The position numbers and the translations under genes are program-made. The notes beneath the pieces are model-generated. The model was given only the letters and a program-made list of their open reading frames with translations, had not been told where the DNA came from and made no database searches. Positions 28,063 through 39,775 of a DNA stretch of 64,000 nt are shown here, one piece after another; the stretch's first letter is position 1; each line of letters begins with the position of its first letter. This DNA comes from Camelus dromedarius (Eukaryota), in the NCBI RefSeq assembly GCF_036321535.1, contig NC_087436.1, positions 40,364,001 to 40,428,000 on the forward strand, in the 5' to 3' direction.

Positions 28063-29544
28063 GGTGTCTGTAACATTGAATTAACATCTGAGTTTGCCAC
28101 TGAAAAGCTCAGATAAAAAAAATTCTGACATCAGAGTAAAATAATAAAATTTTAGCACTGTAGTTTCACTGACAGAGTCAGAGATGATATTAAATAGTAA
28201 TAAAAGTGCAATAAAGAACAAAAGCCATTCCTTGCTTTTTAATAGCAGTTACTAACCTGCATTGTTCTCTTCTCCAATGAGGCAGCTAGCTCCCTAACTG
28301 CCGGTTGAGACTAACAGTTTCTTGACTTTATCCTAATCTCGTGTAGATAACATTCTAGACATGTACACTTGAGTCAACCTCACTAATTTTTTAATGAAAT
28401 TTCTTATTTAAGAATATTTTTACATTTACTGAAACTTGTCAAGGCAGTTCAGAGTTTTCTCATATACTCCGTATTTGGTTTACCCTAGTACTAACACCTT
28501 ACCTTGCTGTTCTACGTTTGTCACACTTGGGAGGTATTAATGAAATAATATTGTTAACCAAAGTTCATGCTTTATTTAGATTTCCTTGGTTTTTATCTGA
28601 GGTCCATTTTTTTTTTCTGTCTCTAATACTTCATTACATTTAGTCTTTGTGTCTCCTTAGAATTCCCTGGGCTGTAAATATTTCTCTGATTTTCCTTGTT
28701 GTGATGGCCTTGACAGTTTTGAGGAGTACTAGCTCGGTATTATGAGGTATTGTTTATTCATATTTGTCTGATGTTTTTCTGATGATTAGACTGAGGTCAT
28801 GGGTTTTGAAGAGAACAACTACAGGGGTGAGTTGTCACATCCATCACATCATTGCAGGGTACATAGCATCATCACTGGTGATGCTCCCTCCGTCACCTGG
28901 CTGAGACGGTGTCTGGTGGGTTTCTCCCGTATCAGAGTTACTCTTCTCCTCCATTTGCAGTCTGTACTCTTTGGAGGGAAGTCACTCTGCACAGCCCACA
29001 CTTAAGGAGTAGGGGGTTATACTCTCTTTTCTTGAGGGGATGTATCTACATAAATTATTTGAAATTTCTCTGGAGAGCATTTCTATATTTCCCCCTCATT
29101 TATTTATTTATTCAATGATTTATTTATATCCAAGTGGATTCTTGTTCATTTACTTTAACCCTTGTATTGTAGTATAATACTATGTTTATATTCTTGTAAA
29201 AATTTTTCCAGTTTTGACCATTGAGAACTCTTTTGGTTGGCTGTGGTGTCCTTTTGACATATACTCATTGTTTTTGTTGGTTGGTTTGTTTTATTTTGAG
29301 CACTTTCTTGCTTTACATACTATAAGGTGCTCCAGATTCATCTTGTATATTCCCTGCCCTAGTCTTTGAATCAGCCATTTCTCTAAGGACCACTTGTTCC
29401 TTTTATAGGAGATTGGTTTTAGAAAACAGGAGCTGGAGGCTTCACCCAGTTGTATTTGCTGCCACTTTGGTGTCATTGCTTTTGAATATTAAATGAGTAA
29501 CTATCTGCATGTGTACATATATGCTATGGACTAAATGTTGCATT

Positions 29545-32500
29545 TTATTTTATTTTACATTTTTTAATTGAGTAATAGTTACTTTACAATGTTGTGTCAA
29601 ATTCTAGTGTAGAGCACAATTTTCAGTCATACATGAACATGTATATATTCATTGTCACATTTTTTTTCACTATGAGCTACCACAAGATCTTGTATATTTT
29701 TCCCTGTGCTATACAGTATAATCTTGTTTATCTATTCTGCATTTTAAAATCCCAGTCTGTGCCTTCCCACCCCCAGCCCCCTTGGCAACCACAAGTTTGT
29801 ATTCTATGTCTATGAGTCTGTTTCTGTTTTGTATTTATGTTTTTTGGTTTTGTTTTTTGTTTTTTTAGATTCCTCATATAAGTGATCTCATATTGTATTT
29901 TTCTTCCTCCTTCTGGCTTACTTCACTTAGAATGACATTCTCCAGGAACATCCATGTTGCTGCAAGTGGTGTTATGTTGTCAGTTTTTGTGGCTGAATAG
30001 TATTCCATCATATAAATATACCACTTCTTCTTTATTCAGTCATCTGTTGATGGACATCTAGGCTGCTTCCATGTCTTGGCTATTGTAAATAGTGCTGCTA
30101 TGAACATTGGGGTGCAGGTGTCTTTTTGAAGTAGGGTTCCTTCTGGATATATGTCCAGGAGTGGGATTCCTGGGTCCTATGGTAAGTCTATTCCTAGTCT
30201 TCTGAGGAATCTCCATACTGTTTTCCACAGTGGCTTTCCTTGCTTCTCTCTCTCACTCTTAATGATTTAGATGTCTTCTTTTACAATTTTGTGTTTATTC
30301 TTTTTGTAATTCATGGCAGTTATCTCCTTTCCAGTTATGAGTTTCTCATTTTTGTAGCATCCTGCTTCTTTTCTATTTAGAGTAGACTTGTCAATATTTC
30401 TTTTAGCATGGGTTTAGTGTTGCTAAACTCTTTGAGTTTTTGCTTGTCTGTGAAGTTCTTTCTCTCTCCTTCTATTCTAAAGGATAGCCTTGCTGGATAA
30501 AGCATCCTAGGCTGCATCTTTTTTTCATTCAGGACTTTGAATATATCTTGCCACTCCCTTCTGGCCTGTTGTGTTTGTGTAGAGAAATCAGCTGAGAGCC
30601 TTATGGGCGTTCCCTTGTAACTCACTCTTTGTTTTTCTCTTGCTGCCTTTAGGATCATTTCTTTTCCTTGACTCTGGCCATCTTGATTATGATATGTCTT
30701 GGTGTGGGTCTGTTTGGGTTCTTCCTGTTTGGGACCCTCTGAACCTCCTGTACTTGGATATCTGATTGCTTTAGGTTTGGGGAGTTTTCAGTCATGATTT
30801 CTCAAATACCTTTTCAATCCCCTTTGTTTTTTCTTCCCCTTCTGGAACCCCTATTATGTGTAGATTGGCATGCTTTATATTATCCCATAGGTCCCTTATA
30901 TTGTTTTCATTATTTTTTACTTGTTTTTCTCTCAGCTGTTCTGATTGGGTGCTTTCTGTTGTCCTGTCTTCTAGGGCGCTTATTCGTTCCTCTGAATTAT
31001 CTAGCCTGCTTTACATAGACTTTAGGTGAACTCTCATCTCAGCAAATGTGTTTACTAATTCTACTTGGTTCTTCTTTATAGATTCTATTTCATTTCTGAC
31101 GTATTTTATATCTCTTAAACACTGTTTCTTTTAGTTCCTTCAGTACTTTGATCAGACCTTTTTTGAAATCTTGATGTAGTAGGCCATCAATGTCTATTTC
31201 CTTGGTCGTGCTTTCAGGGGATTTCTCTTGATCTTTTAATTGGGAGTGGTTCCTCTGCTTCTTCGTATTGCTCATATCTCTCTGGCACTGTGGCTTAAGT
31301 ATCAGTTATGTAGCTCTCTTGGAGATGGTGTGATCTTAATGACTTTATCAAGAGGTCTTTGTGTCTTCACTGTTTCGCAAACTCAGCTTGCTGTTTCCAG
31401 AGGCCCTCTGTTGGTGCCCTTGTCTGTGCTGCTCCCAGTGGCTGTCGGCTAGCAGATCGTGCCCCCTCCTAACACTGGGTCAGGAGCTGAGCTCTTACCC
31501 GGTGGGCGGTGGGTCACTCCCCCATCCCGATGCCACAGTCAGATGCTGCGCTCTTGGGTAGGCAGGTGGGTGGATCGTGCCCCCTCCCAGCACTGTGGTC
31601 AGGTGCTGCGTTCCTGCCAGGAAGAGGGGTGGCGCCCGCCCTCTCCTGGCACTGGTCTCTCCGCTGCTCTGTGCAGCTGCCCGCTCTGCCTCGGGTTGAC
31701 GCTCCAATGGTGGGGTCAGGGAAGACCGCGGAACGGTCCTGCCCCTGCTCTGTGCCAAATCTCAGCTTCTTGTTTGTCTTGGTGGTGCATGTTCTCTGAG
31801 GTGCCAGGGCAGAAAGATCTTATCTGTCTCAGGCTGTAAACAATTCTCAGTCCTGCCTAGGAGGTTGCTGAGCCCCTGGGTGTGGATTCAGGTCTCGGCC
31901 CCGCCCCCGCCCAGGCACTGCTCACAGGAAGAGATGGTGGCTGTGGCTGCACGCCGCCTCTCTCCTCGCAAGATGCGCCAGTAATGGCGGAGCAGGTCTG
32001 AGGATACAAAGGCTATGGCGCCCCTACCCCCAGGGCACACCAGCCATGTTACTTTGCATTTTTTGCAATTTATGGGTGACCGAGGTTGTTCTGCTCTGTA
32101 TCCCCTCCATGCCACAGCGCACAGCACCCTGCAGTCCCCCTGGGCTGCTGCAGTGCAGCCGCCCCAGTCCTCCGCCCGGCTCGGGCGGCCAGTCCCAGCC
32201 CCAGCTGCTGGCTCGCACCTCGGGCTGGGTGTCGTGGGGACCCTTTGTGCCTGTTTAACTCAGTTCTGTTGGTCAGGGGGTGCTCGGGGCAGATCTGAGC
32301 CTCAGAGGCTCTCCCTCTGTTCCGCTGGCCTCTCCATTGGAGAAGGGGGACCCAGCGAATGAGCGCCAGTCCTCCTTTGCCTCTCCATCCCCGTGAGACT
32401 GGTCCCACACTGTTTTTCTTTTTCTTCTTTCTATTTTCCTTTTCTCCTACTAGATTTTTGGTGTCTTTATCTTTTGAAGAGGGCGATGTTCTGTCGGAGT

Positions 32501-32612
32501 TTGGCAGGTGCTCTGGTTGGCTGAGTAGATCCGTAGATGTAAGTTTTGGTGTATTTGTGGGAGAGGGTGAGCTACAAGCGCCTTCTACTCTGCCATCTTG
32601 TTTCTCTCTCCC
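29545..32612 (-). mobile_element. Relatively young L1 with full 5'UTR, disrupted ORF1 and 3' end, lacking almost all of ORF2
   Basis: The minus strand begins GGGAGAGAGAAACAAGATGGCAGAGTAG (YY1-type CAAGATGGC), followed by a CpG-rich 5'UTR. ORF1 pieces are at 31275-31090 and 30658-30377. The ORF2 C-terminal tail, 3'UTR and T-rich tail occupy 30233-29545. TSD-like ggactaaatgtt (29528-29539) / ggattaaatgtt (32613-32624). Confidence 0.92.
30377..31275 (-). pseudogene. L1 ORF1p, frameshifted and with stops
   Basis: N-terminus MSNTKKQRNHSQLKDQEKSPE...DFKKGLIKVLKELKE and C-terminal domain ILKAAREKQRVSYKGTPIRLSADFS...ARREWQDIF...YPARLSF carry the conserved REKx, ARR and YPAxLS motifs of ORF1p, but lie in separate ORFs. 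Confidence 0.9.
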
Positions 32613-34490
32613 GGATTAAATGTTTGTATCCCCCTAAAATTCATATGTTTAAACCCTAATCCCCCACATGATAGTATTTGGATCTGACCTTTGGGAGGTA
32701 ATTTGGTTTAGATCAGGTCATGCAAGCAAGGCCCTCATGATGAGATCAGTGTCCCTGATAAGGAGACGAAGGAACCAGAGCTTTCTCTCTGCCATATGAG
32801 GATACAGTGAGAAAGCAATTTTCAGTGAATCAACTTAACCATGTTGGCACCTTGATCTTGGACTTCCAGACTCCAGAATGTTTAAGCCACTCAGTCTATG
32901 GTATTTTGTTATAGCAACTTGAATTGACTAAGACAATCTGTATCTGTATTTATATTGAATTGCACATGAGTTGATAGTGGTGACTCCAACTCTAGTCCAT
33001 AAACACATGGATCATTCTAGACTTGTCTTCTTGCTTATCTGTAAACTACCACTCCAATAGTGAGTAGCCTGCCCCACCATGTACCATCCATGTATTTATC
33101 TGGTAAATCTCAGTATGCATGTACAGTGATCGTACACCTTACCCCCTTGGGAAGCATTTACCAGCTAGAATGCAGTGACTATATGTATTTCCTTGTGTCT
33201 TTAGTCCTACAGTCTTTGCTCATTTCCCAAGTTACTTAGATCAGTTCCTCTCTGTTTACCCCCTTCAGTGATATTATGTTACACATTTGTAATAGAGTCA
33301 AATTCTTTTGTCACAGTCTGCATTCCTTCCTGGGATCCCCACATCTCATAATTGATTTTTTAAATTTGCATACACAAAGTTCATTCTTAGTGCTATGAGG
33401 ATTTCTATGAGTTTGTTTATCCATCTCTACAGTATCAAACAGATTAGTTTCACAGTCCTGTAAAGTCTCCTGTGCCTCACCATTCCAACTCCCTTCCTCT
33501 CCAAAACTCTGATTTGTTTTCCATAAATAGTTCTGCCTTTTTCAGTCACATGAATGGAATCATATGGTATGTTGCTTTTACAGACAGACTTACTTATAGT
33601 AATATTCATTTAAGATTCATCTGTGTTGTTTAGGTTAATGATTCATACCTTTTCTTTGCTCAGTAATATTTCCTTCTCTGAATGTACCATACTTCATGCA
33701 CTCACCTGTTAAAGGACATCTTTGTTGTTTTAAGTATTTATGATTATAAATAATGTTTCTATAAACATCTCTTTGTGAGTTTTTGTGTATTCTATAAATA
33801 TCTCTGTGTTAAGTTTTTTTAATCAGTTGGGTAAATACTTAAGAATGCCGTTGCTGACTTACATAGTAAGACTATGCTTGGCTTTATACAAAACTGCTAA
33901 ACTGTACTCCAAAATGGCTATACTGTTTTGCAGTCCCACTAGAGACAAATGGGAGTCTCTACTGCTCCTACCCTTGCCAGTAATTAGTATTGTCAGTTTT
34001 CTGGATTTTAGCCATTCTAATATACGTTTAGTAGTGTTGCTGTTGTTTTTATTTGCATTTCCCAAATGATATTGACCGTCTATTCATGTATTTATTTGTC
34101 TTCTGTATATTTTTGTGATGAAGTATCTGTTCAGATCTTTTGCAAATTAAAATTGTGTTCTTATTTTTAATGTTATGAGTGCTTTTTATATTCTGGATAG
34201 AACCCCTTTATCAGAATTCATCAATATTCTCTACCTGTCTGTGGCTTGTTTTTTATTCTCTTCACAGTCTTTTGCAGAGCAGAAAATTTTAATTTCAATA
34301 AAGTCCAAATTACCACATTTTCTTTTCCAGAGTCTGGATTTTGGTTTGGGATCAAAACTCATCAACAAATCCAAGGTCATATAGATTTCCTCCTGTGTTT
34401 TCTAGATGTTTTATACTTTTGCATTTTACATTTAGTCTTTAAATTCATTTTGAGTTAGTTTTTATAAAAGATGTAAAGTCTGTGTCCAGA

Positions 34491-34566
34491 TTACTTTATT
34501 TTTATTATTTCTTTCTTTTCTTTCTTTCTTCCTTTCTTTTTTTTTTTTTTTTTTTTCCTTTTTTTG
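34491..34566 (+). repeat. T/CT-rich low-complexity tract
   Basis: (tttc)n followed by a ~T20 run inside the old L1. Confidence 0.85.
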
Positions 34567-36134
34567 CATACAGATGTCCAAATAGTCCAGGGCTGTTTGT
34601 TAAAAAGACAACCGTTTTTCTCTGAAGTGCCTTGGTGAAAAATCAGTTGACTATCTATGTGTAGGTCATTCTCTGGGTCTTTTGTTCGGTCCCATTTATC
34701 AGTGTATCTACTCTTTCATCAATGCCATATTTTCTGATTATATTATCTTTATACTTATTCTTAAAATCATATAGTAATGTAAATTATTATTTTTGTTTAT
34801 GGTCAAGTTCTCAAATTTTGCATCAATTAGAAACTAAATCCTTATTTTTTTCTATGCACTGGATTCATATTTTACTACAGCCCCTAATTAGGGTCAGACA
34901 CCTGCCTCTATGTTGTCATTCTCTCACACAATTGAAATCCTTATTGTGAACCCCATGTTGAATGACTAAAGTATTATACCTACTAACAGACTTCTTTCTA
35001 ATATTTTTCAAGTATAAATTAACCCTGAATTTTGTAATGTCAGGTTGTACATGCCTATCATAATATGTCTCTTAGAAATCTTTATTTAATATTCAAATAT
35101 GTTTCTTATTAGACAAATAGTTATTCTACTTTAAAAATGTGCCTTGGGGTAGTACTGGGGTAGTATTGAAGAGAATTATTTAAATAGATCTTAAATTGCA
35201 AAATAAAATATTCAGTGAGCCCATTATTTGCTACCCAAAATCATGTTGCAGTTTAGATAGCTAGTAATTAAGAATGCATTGGGTAAAAGATGAATTAGTA
35301 CTAAAAAAAAAATAGCTTGCAATTGTGTAGCCAGAAATCATTTCACATTCAAAAACTATTAGTTGTTTTGGAATAAAAGCCACAAAAAGTTATAGCACAA
35401 GATAAGACCACCTCCACCTGAATTATTTGCAGAATCATAGGTCTGCTTTGTAACAGAGAAAATAATAAAGATTCCTCTTGGCCTTGGGACCTTTACGCAA
35501 AATATTTTGACTTTTCTTATGATGGGGTTGTTTTTCCTTATTATTTAATTACTAGATTGTGTGAAAAGGATGCAGTTCTCATCTGTCCATTTTGTCACAT
35601 CTCCAATAATTTTGGTGGCAAGTTATCAGAAAGACAATAACATCCAATGGTGGTGAGGCCAAGGAAATGGAGATAGGAAATGGATTTCTGCCCTCTTGCA
35701 GTTGTAGGTTATAATTGAAACTATTTTAGGGCCATAACTGAACCTATTTTAGGGCCTGTAAAGTAAGAGAGCTGTTAGGAGGAATACAAATCATGACTTC
35801 CACAAAAGTGACATCCCCTGATTGATGCACTTTATAGATGGGAATTTGTGAGAAAGATTTTGGGTTAGGGACATGAAAATCATTTTTCTTGTCAGAAATA
35901 AATGGTGCACAGTCTTCTTTGTCCTTGACAACATGTGGTGGACTTAGTTTTTCCTTTGTCTTTTATGCTGCTGTCTATGAGACAAGTTTCAAAAAATTTA
36001 AAAGTTAATACCACCCACAATCTGAATTTTTAGAGAAAAAAATGTGAAGTGGTGATCAGTAATTAATTGTTCCTAGAACCACTATGTAAAAGAGAGATTT
36101 CTTCTCTGGGTCAGACTTCACACTTCCCTTTTCG

Positions 36135-36224
36135 TATTTATTTATTTAATGGAGGTACTGGGGGTTGAATCTAGAACCTTGTGCATGCTAAGCATATGCA
36201 CTACCTCTGAGTTATACCCACCCC
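36135..36224 (-). mobile_element. tRNA-derived SINE (Vic-1-like)
   Basis: Reverse complement reads ggggtgggtataactcagaggtagtgcatatgcttagcatgcacaaggttctagattcaacccccagtacctcca + (taaa)n. Confidence 0.88.
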
Positions 36225-37451
36225 TATTATTTCAGTATTTTTTTTCAAACTTCACTTTTGATTCAGCCTATCAAAAGTAGTTTTTCATACCCTCTGTCTT
36301 AACCAGAAGCTGGGAACACCTCCATGTCACTTAGTGCCACGGACATTGCTGTGATCAAACAGAATTTAGCAAGAGCAAAAATGTGTATAATGCATGGCCA
36401 TTTTAGCAATTTCTTAACAAATGTTTGTAATAAGTAAAGATCAACATAAGCCTAACTTTCCAACATATTTTATAGATGTAAAATGATCCATACATAGCGA
36501 ACTTTTGTAACAGATTTAAACACAAGTCATCAAATGATTTATTTCCTTTTATGATAAAGAAAAAAGTTATGACAATCTCCTCCATTTGTTGTTAGTACTG
36601 GTCACCGTAAGCCATCTTTTAAAAAATGCATTGATAGCTTTTCACTCTCAAAGGAAAACTGTATTTACTGACCTGTGTTGTCTGTGTTACCTTCTTTGAA
36701 GTATTGAGAGATGTCCTATGAGTCATGAACTTTTTTCAGAATATATTAATTTGTGAAATCAGAATTTTTATAATGAACACAAGTGGGTATATGGTTAAAA
36801 GTGCTACATTTCTATATTCTAGCAGAGCAGGATTATAGCATATAGAAACACTATGGTTTTCCAATCCCATTTTTATATGCTACTTTCATAATTTATACCA
36901 TGATTTTATAACTACATGATTCTAGCTTTACATTAGTGGAAGATAAGCTGAACAAGCTGTGTAGATATGCAAAGCAAAAACAATAGCATGTATCACCACA
37001 TCTGTTATCTCTTTAGTATAAATCAGTGTGTGGCTCTTTGACTGTTTAGAGTTTATACTCGGCATTGAAGGAAAATAAAAGCAAACTTGGAAAAGTTTGC
37101 AAAGACAAAAAATCTGATTAAAAATATATATATGTGTAACTGCTACTTCCCTTTCAAACTTCCTCCACTATGGAAGCACATTTAAACTGCAAAAGTGTTC
37201 TCAATTTCCACACCCTATGTTGGGATCCAGCTTTAAAAATGGATAAGATATGTGACATTTTGCTAGCAATTCCAAACAAATTTTAAATAATCCTTGAGTA
37301 TTTGTGGCTGATGACTGTTTCTCTTAGGATTACTTCTTGCTTCCTGCTTGAGCCATATTGAAATGCTTAGAGATTCCTGAACATTCACCCAGGTCATTTC
37401 CTATGATTGGAACACTTCCACTATTTGGATCCATACTCTTCTTCAACATGT

Positions 37452-37964
37452 GTGTGCTGGTCTGAATAATGACTCCCCCCACCCCGTCAAAAAAAAAATC
37501 CATGTCCTAATCCCTAAAACCTGAGAATATATTACCTTACATTACAAAAGGGACTATGCAGATTAACTAAATTAAGAACTTTGACATGTGGATATTATCC
37601 TGGCTTATCCTGTTGGACCCAATGTAATCACCAGGATCCTTAAAAAGATAGAAGAAGGAGGCAAAGGAGGCAAAGTTGTGACAGTTAAAGCAGAGATTAG
37701 AATGATGTGACTGTTGGCTTTGCAGATGGGGGACGGGACCATGAGCCAAGGAATACAGGTGACCTCTATAAACTAGAAAAGGCAAGGGGGTAAATTTTCA
37801 TCTACAGTCTCCAGAAGGAATGCAATCTTGCCAATATCTTGATTTTAGCTCAGTGAGATCTATTTTGGTATTTCCACCTCCAGAATTGAAGGACAATATA
37901 CTTTATGTTGCTTTAAACTATAAAGTGTGTGCTAATACTTTTTAGCAGCAACAAAATAAAATAC
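37452..37964 (+). mobile_element. MaLR solo LTR (MLT1D-like)
   Basis: gaataatgactcccc...catgtcctaatccctaaaacctg...cccaatgtaatcacc...atgagccaaggaatacagg...ctccagaaggaatgc...ttgattttagctcagtgaga...gcagcaac...aataca. Confidence 0.85.
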
Positions 37965-38779
37965 AATGGATAACATCAATCTTTCAGTTAGCTCCCAGGA
38001 AAAATATCATTTATATCAGGAACTCTCTTCTCCAATCTCTTGGCTCATTCTTTGACATAGTCTGTTTCATTCCTTATACTATTTGCCTCATTACATGAGA
38101 GCAAGAGTGTTTATTATGCTTTGATTATAACCTCAGTGGACAAGAGATGAAAAACTATCTCTGGCTTATAGAATATCTGGCAGAAAAAGATTCAATACAT
38201 CCATTTGAATAGGGGAACAAATAGGTAAAAGGATAATGACTCTACTATTAGAACATATTTATGAGTGTATGCTGTGTATGTGTGCAGGCATGTACCTGTG
38301 TGCCTGTGTACGTGTGTGTATGCAGCTTTTGTGACTTCAGTTATGGTCATCACAGAAGACTGTAAACTGAAATGAATCTTTATATGATCTCCAACACTAA
38401 AAGTAAGAATATGGAAAGATCACTCAATGAGGTAAATATTAAAACTTACAGGATGTGATAATACAATGCTAGTGTTTCTAAGGGTTTCTAGACACTGTAT
38501 TCCAATGAATTAAACCAGTTCTTATGTGAGGTAACAAGGTAAAAATGGCAGTGAGATATCACTAGACAGCCCCAAAGAATGGCTACAATTTAAAATATCT
38601 GACCATACCAACTACTGGTGAAAATGTAAGCAAAGTAACTGTCCTTTATTGCAACCACTTTAGAAAACAGTTTGGTATTATCTAACAATATTGAACATAT
38701 ATATTATCTTGAATCTTAACATTTCCATTCCTAGATGCATTTCCATGTCCACCAAGATACCTATACAAAGATGTTAAAA

Positions 38780-39130
38780 TGGCCAAATAATGGCCACTCT
38801 CATGCATCTTCACTCAATGGTCATATTGGGTGGGGGCTGCCTGACTGTCAGCTGGGGTGCTTCAGTTCCCCTCCATTGAGCACCCCTCCTGTAGTAGGCT
38901 GGCTCAGGCTCATTCACATGATGCCATGGGTATTTTCAAAGAAAGAGAAGAGAGCCTACAAATCCTCTTGTGGTCCAGGATCAGAATTTGTACAGCACCC
39001 TTTTCACTGCATTCTATGCACAAAGCAAGTTGCAAGGCCAGCCCGAAGTCAAGGACTGGAGAAGTCAACACTGCTTCCTGATGGGAAAGACTCAAACATC
39101 AGGGACCATTTTTACAATCAACCACACCCA
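38780..39130 (-). mobile_element. Old MLT1 (J/K-like) LTR fragment
   Basis: gtcagctggggtgcttcagttcccctcc...ctggctcaggctcattcacatg...cactgcattctat...aagcaagttgcaaggccagcc. Subfamily uncertain. Confidence 0.55.
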
Positions 39131-39469
39131 GTGATCATAGCATCAGTATAAGTATAGACATGTTAGTATCCGGGATTTTACTTTCAAAGGCAAAGCTCCT
39201 AAATCCCTACTACTCTGCTGCTACTTTCTCCCTATTTTGAACTATGGTCCAATTTATATGATTTTATGTCCAATCTATACGTGTTGAGGAAAATTATTGG
39301 ATTGTTTTCCTTCTTTTGCCATTAAGACAACTAAATACTAAAATGCAGCAACTCAGGATATAACTATGTTTATAGTGACAAAAATCTTTCATTTTATTTT
39401 ATTTTTCCCAGTTAAATCTAAAAACTGTAATTGTTCTAGTACAAAATATTTTCAATGTGTATTGGGTTG

Positions 39470-39775
39470 TTTTAGTGAAAGGAGACAGACACAAAAGGCC
39501 ACATAATGAATGATTCCCTTTTTATGAAATGTTAATAATAGACAATTCCACAGGGACAAAGTAGGCTAATGGCTAACGGCTATAGGGGTTGGCGAGGAGA
39601 AAGTGATGAGTGACTGCTATAGATTATGGGCTTTTTGTGGGGAAGGTGATAAAAATATTCTAAGATTTGTTAGTGGGGATGGTTGCACATCTCTATGAAT
39701 ATACTAAAATTCACTGAATTGAATATTTTAAAAGAGTGGATTTTATGTTATGTGAATTATACTTCCATTTAAAAG
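39470..39775 (+). mobile_element. L1MB/ME-like 3' end
   Basis: agtgaaaggagacagacacaaaaggccacata...gagtgactgcta...ggggatggttgcacatctctatgaatatactaaaattcactgaattg. Confidence 0.75.

Larger units (their letters stand above)
29522..32935 (+). mobile_element. MaLR solo LTR (MLT1A-like) split by the young L1 (parts 29522-29539 and 32613-32935)
   Basis: tgctatggactaaatgtt...tgtatccccctaaaattcatatgtt...ggcaccttgatcttggacttccagactccagaa...cagtctatggtattttgttatagcaacttgaattgactaagaca. Confidence 0.85.
28390..34760 (-). mobile_element. Old L1MC-like 3' region (28390-29520 and 32936-34760), interrupted by MLT1 and the young L1
   Basis: L1MC-like long 3'UTR phrases lie on both sides of the nested inserts. 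Antisense ORF2 C-terminus at 33700-34700 (TKRILEWLKSRKLTILITGK...SLAVLYKAK). Confidence 0.7.

Noticed and set aside
31361..32619. Cluster of overlapping 60-126 aa ORFs on both strands
   Set aside because: They lie in the GC-rich L1 5'UTR and resemble no protein family I recognise.
36330..36350. RE1/REST-like motif cttagtgccacggacattgct
   Set aside because: Too many mismatches in the CAGCACC and GGACAG core positions.
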